64,000 nt of DNA from Nitrososphaerota archaeon. GTDB lineage: Archaea > Thermoproteota > Nitrososphaeria_A > Caldarchaeales > Caldarchaeaceae. The DNA lies in NCBI GenBank assembly GCA_041641305.1, contig JBEPYN010000001.1, positions 576,001 through 640,000 of the forward strand, written 5' to 3'. Numbering within the stretch: position 1 is the stretch's first letter; each line of letters starts with the position of its first letter. The notes below the pieces were generated by a model. The model was not told the origin of the DNA. It did no database searches and was given only the letters and a program-made list of their open reading frames with translations. Position numbers and translations under genes: made by a program. Below are positions 58,887 to 64,000 of the stretch, one piece after another.

Positions 58887-59312
58887 TTAGAACGGTTTTT
58901 TACGCCATGTTCGCAGGGCTTCGTAGAGGGATGTGGCGGATGCTGCTGCTCCGAGGGTCATGGCGTAGAGGTCCGGGGACTCGGGATGCGTCAAGATGTA
59001 GAGGAGTGTGAATGTTATGAAGAGTGTTGCATAGAAGGCCATGCGTGGGAGCAGCCTGCCGCCTACGAGTATGAATGACTGTAGAACGGAGATATCGACT
59101 TTTTCAACCGCCCGGTATGCGCCTTTTTCATCCTTTTCCAACACACCGAGGGCGTGAAGCTTCTCGAGATGGTGGAACGCAACACTGGGGCTTGACAACC
59201 CGAGTCCACGTTGAACATCCCTGACGCCAACAGGCCGACCAGCCTTCAATACATAGATGTAGATGTCAAACGTCCTACCTCTCAGCTCGGCTTCAACCCT
59301 TCTACGGTCCAT
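58887..59312 (-). CDS. Membrane-anchored winged-helix transcription regulator
   Basis: VGVRDVQRGLGLSSPSVAFHHLEKL..LG, followed by two TM helices. Confidence 0.85.
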   Translation of the reverse strand: MDRRRVEAELRGRTFDIYIYVLKAGRPVGVRDVQRGLGLSSPSVAFHHLEKLHALGVLEKDEKGAYRAVEKVDISVLQSFILVGGRLLPRMAFYATLFITFTLLYILTHPESPDLYAMTLGAAASATSLYEALRTWRKKPF

Positions 59313-59372
59313 AAACAGCCTCCATCACACAACGTAACCACTATTAAAAAGGTGTTAGTTACCTGATGCGGG

Positions 59373-59591
59373 TTGAATATTGGGAAAATGCTCGGCTACC
59401 TGCTCATGTTTCTGGCCGTCGGCGGAGCTATATTATATGCTCTCTGGCTTCTCGGCGCTATTCCTTTTCTCGACCCAGAGGCCGCGGTCAAGACCACAGC
59501 CCTATTGGTCATGTTGTTTCTTTTCCTTGTCATAGGCTTCATAGGCTACGTCGCCGCCACAACAAAGCCGCCCAAGCCGATCAAACGTTAA
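59373..59591 (+). CDS. Small 2-TM protein
   Basis: IGFIGYVAATTKPPKP tail, of a type seen in archaeal small membrane proteins. Confidence 0.7.
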   Translation: MNIGKMLGYLLMFLAVGGAILYALWLLGAIPFLDPEAAVKTTALLVMLFLFLVIGFIGYVAATTKPPKPIKR

Positions 59592-59624
59592 AATCAAAAG
59601 CAGGCATGCAGTTTAATTTGCTGG

Positions 59625-59696
59625 GCCGGGGTGGCCGAGCAGCGAGGCGGCGGCCTGCAGAGCCGCTCTACAGGGGTGCAAATCCCCTCCCCGGCT
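59625..59696 (+). tRNA. tRNA-Cys(GCA)
   Basis: GCCGGGG/CCCCGGC stem, CT-GCA-GA loop, U discriminator and T loop TGCAAAT. Confidence 0.93.
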
Positions 59697-61354
59697 CATT
59701 TTCGCAGAGTTTCCACGATGTGTTTGGCCGCGATGTATGCGAAGGTGCAAGCTGGCCCGAGTGTGGAGCCTGGCCCTGGGTATGTTCCTCCGAAGACAGC
59801 TGCTGTCGTGTTTCCCGCTGCGTAGAGGCCGGGTATCGGGTGTCCGTCGATGTGCATTACGCGTGCTTGTTCGTCGGTTAGGAGGCCGCCGCATGTTCCG
59901 AGTTCGCCTGGGTAGATGGCAGTCGCGTAGAAGGGTGGTTTAGCGAGTGGGCCGAGGTTGGGGTTGGGCTTGACACGGGGGTCGGAGTAAAACCTGTCAT
60001 AAGCACTTTCTCCACGGCGAAAATCCTCATCCACACCCTTTACAGCCATCTCGTTAAACCGCTTAACAGTCCTCAGCAAACCTGTCTCATCCACACCAAT
60101 CTTCGAAGCGAGCTGCTCAAGCGTCTTGGCTCTAACAAGATACTGTGGGCCGGTTGCTTTTTCAGGTGTCTGGCCCGGCATAAGGGTTCCGAAGAGATAG
60201 TTGGACCTGTGCCTCTGGTCGATTATCAGCCACGCAGGTATGCAGGGTGTTGTTTTATGGTGTTTGTAGATGCTGTGCCAGCAGTCTACATAGGAGGCTG
60301 ACTCGTTCATGAACCGTTCACCGTTTGCGTCAACGATTATGCCGAAGGGGAGAGAGCGCTCTGCGAGGATGAAAACAGGTTTTCCGTCCGGTGTTATGGC
60401 TATGGGCCCGCCCCATGCCTTGTCCATCAGAGCCGTCGCAGCCCCTATTTTGACAGCGGCCTGTATCGCGTCGCCTGTGTTTCCCGGAGAGCCGACGGCC
60501 CACTCTGTTTTAGTCGGGTTGGGCAGATACTTTTCACGCATGGATTGGTTGTGTTCAAAGCCGCCTGATGTGAGTAGAACTCCGCCACGCGCAGAGACCA
60601 CTACATCCCGGCCCTCGTGATTGATCACGGCACCCGTAACACGTCCATTCTCAACAACCAGCTCTTTGAGCGACGACTCAAGCCAAAACCTGACACCCTG
60701 TCTCAGACAGAGGTAAAGAAGCTGCCCCACAAGCGAGCCGCCCAAGGTCAAGGGCTTGCGTCCCAGAAGACTGTGGCCGATTAAGCGTGCCCCCATTCTC
60801 AGAAAAGCGGCTATGCCTATTCTGCTTCGCGCCAGATACATTTTCCACGCCTCGTTTGTGTGTATGGGGATGGGGGGCGCACCGGGGTAGCGTCTCAGCT
60901 TCTTGGCCCAGGGCCCCAGTTTACGGGCGTCGAAGACCGCGCCTTCTATGCATCGGCCTTTTACCGAGCCGCCTGGAGCCTCGGGATAGTAGTCGGGGTA
61001 TCCGAGCGCCGGCCTCCATCTAAACCCCATGTCAGCGAGAAACTTCACCATCTCGGGGCCATGAGTCAGGTAGGCTCTCAGTTTCTCGGGAGAAGTTGCT
61101 TCACCGGCCTCGGGAACAACATGGCTTAGGTAAGTCCACGCCGCCTCAAACGAGTCCTCAACACCGGCCGCCCTCGAGACATGGTTATTAGGAATCCAGA
61201 GGCCTCCGCCAGACATCGCGCTGGAGCCTCCCACCAAATCGGTTTTCTCCACAACCAGAACCTCGCACCCTGCGCTTCTAGCGGTGAGGGCGCCCACAAG
61301 TCCCGCAGCCCCGCTTCCCACAACCAAAACATCTACAGCTAACCCGCTCAACAA
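59696..61354 (-). CDS. 3-ketosteroid-delta1-dehydrogenase-like FAD-dependent oxidoreductase
   Basis: VVGSGAAG, GGSSAMSGGGLWIPNN, YPDYYPE.PGG, RFMNE, GLYAAGN and YPGPGSTLG. Confidence 0.88.
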   Translation of the reverse strand: MLSGLAVDVLVVGSGAAGLVGALTARSAGCEVLVVEKTDLVGGSSAMSGGGLWIPNNHVSRAAGVEDSFEAAWTYLSHVVPEAGEATSPEKLRAYLTHGPEMVKFLADMGFRWRPALGYPDYYPEAPGGSVKGRCIEGAVFDARKLGPWAKKLRRYPGAPPIPIHTNEAWKMYLARSRIGIAAFLRMGARLIGHSLLGRKPLTLGGSLVGQLLYLCLRQGVRFWLESSLKELVVENGRVTGAVINHEGRDVVVSARGGVLLTSGGFEHNQSMREKYLPNPTKTEWAVGSPGNTGDAIQAAVKIGAATALMDKAWGGPIAITPDGKPVFILAERSLPFGIIVDANGERFMNESASYVDCWHSIYKHHKTTPCIPAWLIIDQRHRSNYLFGTLMPGQTPEKATGPQYLVRAKTLEQLASKIGVDETGLLRTVKRFNEMAVKGVDEDFRRGESAYDRFYSDPRVKPNPNLGPLAKPPFYATAIYPGELGTCGGLLTDEQARVMHIDGHPIPGLYAAGNTTAAVFGGTYPGPGSTLGPACTFAYIAAKHIVETLRK

Positions 61355-61399
61355 ATAACAGATGTGGCCAAAGCATTTTAGCTTTTCAGAACAGAGGTT

Positions 61400-62062
61400 T
61401 TATCCGAAGGCTCTGTCTCCAGCGTCTCCCAGACCGGGCACGATAAAGCCCTTCTCATTCAGCTTCTCATCTATCGCGACGGTGAAAATCTCTATCTCCG
61501 GGTAAACCGAGTGAACACGGCGTATCCCCTGCCTCGTGGAAATCACCGTTGCGAACATCAGCCTCTTAGGCCTTCCGGCTTTGTAGACTTGTTCAACCAC
61601 TTTCAGCATGGTTGAGCCAGTGGCCAGCATGGGGTCTGCTACAACAACTATCTCGGAGCCGTTTAATCTGGGTATTCGCAGATATGTTAGCTCGATTTCG
61701 AAGTCCAAGCCACCTGCATATGTTTCCTCAACTCTTCTCGCACTGACTACGCCTTGCCGTGCTGTGGGGAAAATTTTCAGCAAACCCTCGGCAAGCGGCA
61801 TAGCAGCTCTCAAAACAGTTATGAGAACTATGTTGTCTATGTCAGGTATCTCGACGCCCTCCGCCTCAATCTCCAAAGGTGTCGTAACACGTCGCGGTGA
61901 AACGGGAAGGTGGCGGGCTATCTCAAACCCAATCAGCCTCCCCAGCTTAACAAGCCCTTTACGGAACTCAATCTGCCCCGTCGACTTGTCGCGAAGCCGT
62001 GTCAAAACCATCTGAGCATAGGGATGGTCGAGCACATAGACGTTGGGCAAGCTATTGACCAC
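61400..62062 (-). CDS. upp: Uracil phosphoribosyltransferase
   Basis: LRDK, VLRAA, DPMLATGST and IVPGLGDAGDR. Confidence 0.97.
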   Translation of the reverse strand: MVNSLPNVYVLDHPYAQMVLTRLRDKSTGQIEFRKGLVKLGRLIGFEIARHLPVSPRRVTTPLEIEAEGVEIPDIDNIVLITVLRAAMPLAEGLLKIFPTARQGVVSARRVEETYAGGLDFEIELTYLRIPRLNGSEIVVVADPMLATGSTMLKVVEQVYKAGRPKRLMFATVISTRQGIRRVHSVYPEIEIFTVAIDEKLNEKGFIVPGLGDAGDRAFG

Positions 62063-62134
62063 AGAAAACCACCAACCATAAATGCAGAAGACTTGATTAG
62101 TTTTTCGGATAAATATCCGCTAAAGAGCATTAAA

Positions 62135-63520
62135 ATGATGGCGGAGCGTGGGGGATGTTTAATCGGCGTCGACGTGGGGACAACGGCTGTTAAGGCTGTT
62201 GCCGTCGACGAGTGCTGTGAGCTTCTCGCTGAGGCAAGGCTGCCGCTCAACCTCTTTTCACCATCCCGCGGCATCTTCATCCATGACGCCGGCGAAATCG
62301 GGGACAAGGTGTTTGAATCGCTTAAACGTTTGATGGATAAACTGGGTGGGGGAAGGGTTGAGGCCGTGGGTGTGACCGGGCAGAGTGTTTCTCTCGTTCT
62401 TCTCGACGAATCCGGTAACCCCGTTTACCCTGTCTTGAGCCATCTTGACAAAAGAGCTGAATTGGCTGCAGTGGAGATGAAGGGTTCTCTCGGTGAGATG
62501 GGATACATCGGGCGAAAACTTGTCGGCAACCTTCTCTGGCTCAAAAGAAATGAGCCTAGTGTGTTTGAGAAAGTGGCGAGGGTCTTGGATGTGAAAGAAT
62601 ATGTTGGATTTTTGTTGACGGGGCGGAGTTCTGTGGATGAGTTGTGGTTCATGGTTGAGGATGTGTGGCGGCTTTGCAGGGATGCGGAAATCAATCCGGA
62701 CCTGCTGGGCGAAGTCATGAGTTATAGAGATGTTTTAGGTTATGTGAGTGACGATGCCGCGAGGCGTGCCGGCTTGAGGCGAGGTGTTCCCGTTGTCGTT
62801 GCTTTGGGGGACAGTCTAGCGGCCATGATTGGCTCAGGCGTCGTCAACGAGGGGGAGATGGTGGATGTAGCAGGGGCCACAGAGGTCATGGCCATGCTGG
62901 TGAAAGAAAAAACACCCTCCTCCTATCCATCATACATCACCGGCCTAAACATGATGAGCATCTCTCCCCCGCTCGGCCTTATGCACAAATGGCTAGTCGA
63001 AACATTTTCTCCAAACCGTGACTACATGTCTTTTGAGAAGCTAGCCGAAAATGTTCCACCAGGCGCCGACGGCCTGATGTTTGTTGTCGACGGGTCTAAG
63101 ACGTCGAAGAATGTGGAGGCTTCGCTTGTCAATTTATCCTATTGCCATGGCTGGGGCCATGTTGCGCGCAGCTTTTTCGAAGCAGCCGCCTATGAGCTGC
63201 GTCGTGTAGTCGAGTTGTTTGAGCAAGTTACCGGGGTGCGGAGAATTGTATCGAGCGGGGGCGGCGCTACACGTTTTGTTACAAAGCTCAAGGCAACTGT
63301 AGTTGGAAAAACGTTCCAGGTACCTGAGATACGTGAGACATCGGCCTTGGGCGCAGCACTTACAGCAGGCACAGCTACAGGCCTCTACAAAAACCTTCGA
63401 GAAGCGGCATCACAAGTCAAAATCGCCGAAACCATTCATGGTGGAGAACAGACAACCTACGAAAACCATTACCGAAAATATCTCGACGCCAAAAACAGGT
63501 TGATACAGGACGGCCGATAG
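62135..63520 (+). CDS. FGGY-family carbohydrate kinase (xylulokinase-like)
   Basis: IGVDVGTTAVK, VTGQ, GD and SGGG..ETSALGAA; probable start at 62135. Confidence 0.9.
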   Translation: MMAERGGCLIGVDVGTTAVKAVAVDECCELLAEARLPLNLFSPSRGIFIHDAGEIGDKVFESLKRLMDKLGGGRVEAVGVTGQSVSLVLLDESGNPVYPVLSHLDKRAELAAVEMKGSLGEMGYIGRKLVGNLLWLKRNEPSVFEKVARVLDVKEYVGFLLTGRSSVDELWFMVEDVWRLCRDAEINPDLLGEVMSYRDVLGYVSDDAARRAGLRRGVPVVVALGDSLAAMIGSGVVNEGEMVDVAGATEVMAMLVKEKTPSSYPSYITGLNMMSISPPLGLMHKWLVETFSPNRDYMSFEKLAENVPPGADGLMFVVDGSKTSKNVEASLVNLSYCHGWGHVARSFFEAAAYELRRVVELFEQVTGVRRIVSSGGGATRFVTKLKATVVGKTFQVPEIRETSALGAALTAGTATGLYKNLREAASQVKIAETIHGGEQTTYENHYRKYLDAKNRLIQDGR

Positions 63521-63568
63521 AGAAGTTTTCGTAACCCTTAATATCCTCTGATACCTTTTTGGCCCGGG

Positions 63569-64000
63569 TTGCAGGCTGAGGATGCGGAGGTTAAGCGGCT
63601 CGCCGAGCTCAAGACCTTTCTCGAGCAGCGGCTGAGTGACTTGGAGAAGGAGGCCGAGGCTGTCAGGTCTTTACTCGAATTGGTTGACCGTGAGCTGGTT
63701 GCTAAGAGTTTCAAGAGGGCACAGCCACCTCCCGAGCAGGCCGAGAAAGAGGTGGCGTCGCTGCGGATGATCAGAAGCAGGGCTGGCAGCCTACTCGCAA
63801 CCATGACCCTGAAGGAAAAGGAGGCACGCATAGTCTTCAACCCAGAAATCCGCGTAACACAGGACATGAGACCATTCTCCTCCTTCCTGCTGAGGAAAGT
63901 GCTCGACTCCATGAGAGAAACCGACTTGCAGAAGGTCGCAGAAGGGAAGCTCGACCAATCCGATGTGTTGACCTATGAGGTAGTCTATGACGGCGACGTC
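63569..64000 (+). CDS. Conserved hypothetical protein with an N-terminal coiled coil; runs off the window end
   Basis: Manual translation LQAEDAEVKRLAELKTFLEQRL..SFKRA..PFSSFLLRKVL, open to the end of the window. Confidence 0.75.
   Translation, partial: MQAEDAEVKRLAELKTFLEQRLSDLEKEAEAVRSLLELVDRELVAKSFKRAQPPPEQAEKEVASLRMIRSRAGSLLATMTLKEKEARIVFNPEIRVTQDMRPFSSFLLRKVLDSMRETDLQKVAEGKLDQSDVLTYEVVYDGDV

Overview
Gene-dense 64 kb window from a thermophilic TACK archaeon. Archaeal tRNAs with a BHB-type intron, Alba, aIF-1A, GTPBP1, a TackOD1 protein and TATA-box promoters point to an Aigarchaeota/Caldarchaeum-like host; this assignment is inference. Most of the window is housekeeping and metabolic: nrdJ, sufB, glnA, pyrG, tmk, moeA, lysC, hom, upp and transporters. 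There are four tRNAs (Tyr with intron, Asn, Ala, Cys), a well-formed C/D-box guide sRNA, and a 50-repeat CRISPR array with no cas genes in view. Accessory DNA lies next to tRNAs. (i) Positions 1-4337, 3' of tRNA-Tyr, hold a P1B ATPase, a dead IS6, a 424-aa orphan with winged-helix-like segments and a PIP-box-like tail, and a TnpB-family nuclease. (ii) tRNA-Asn is flanked by a 1514-aa surface transglutaminase-like protein and an HsdR-N/SeqA-like nuclease. (iii) A KstD-like flavoprotein abuts tRNA-Cys. The most striking item is the TnpB-family protein: it is reduced to its RuvC and Zn-finger half and sits between two ~350-nt highly structured minus-strand RNA regions with their own TATA promoter. 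This is a candidate undescribed RNA-scaffolded nuclease system. All RNA structures were read by eye and protein calls are motif-based; no searches were run.
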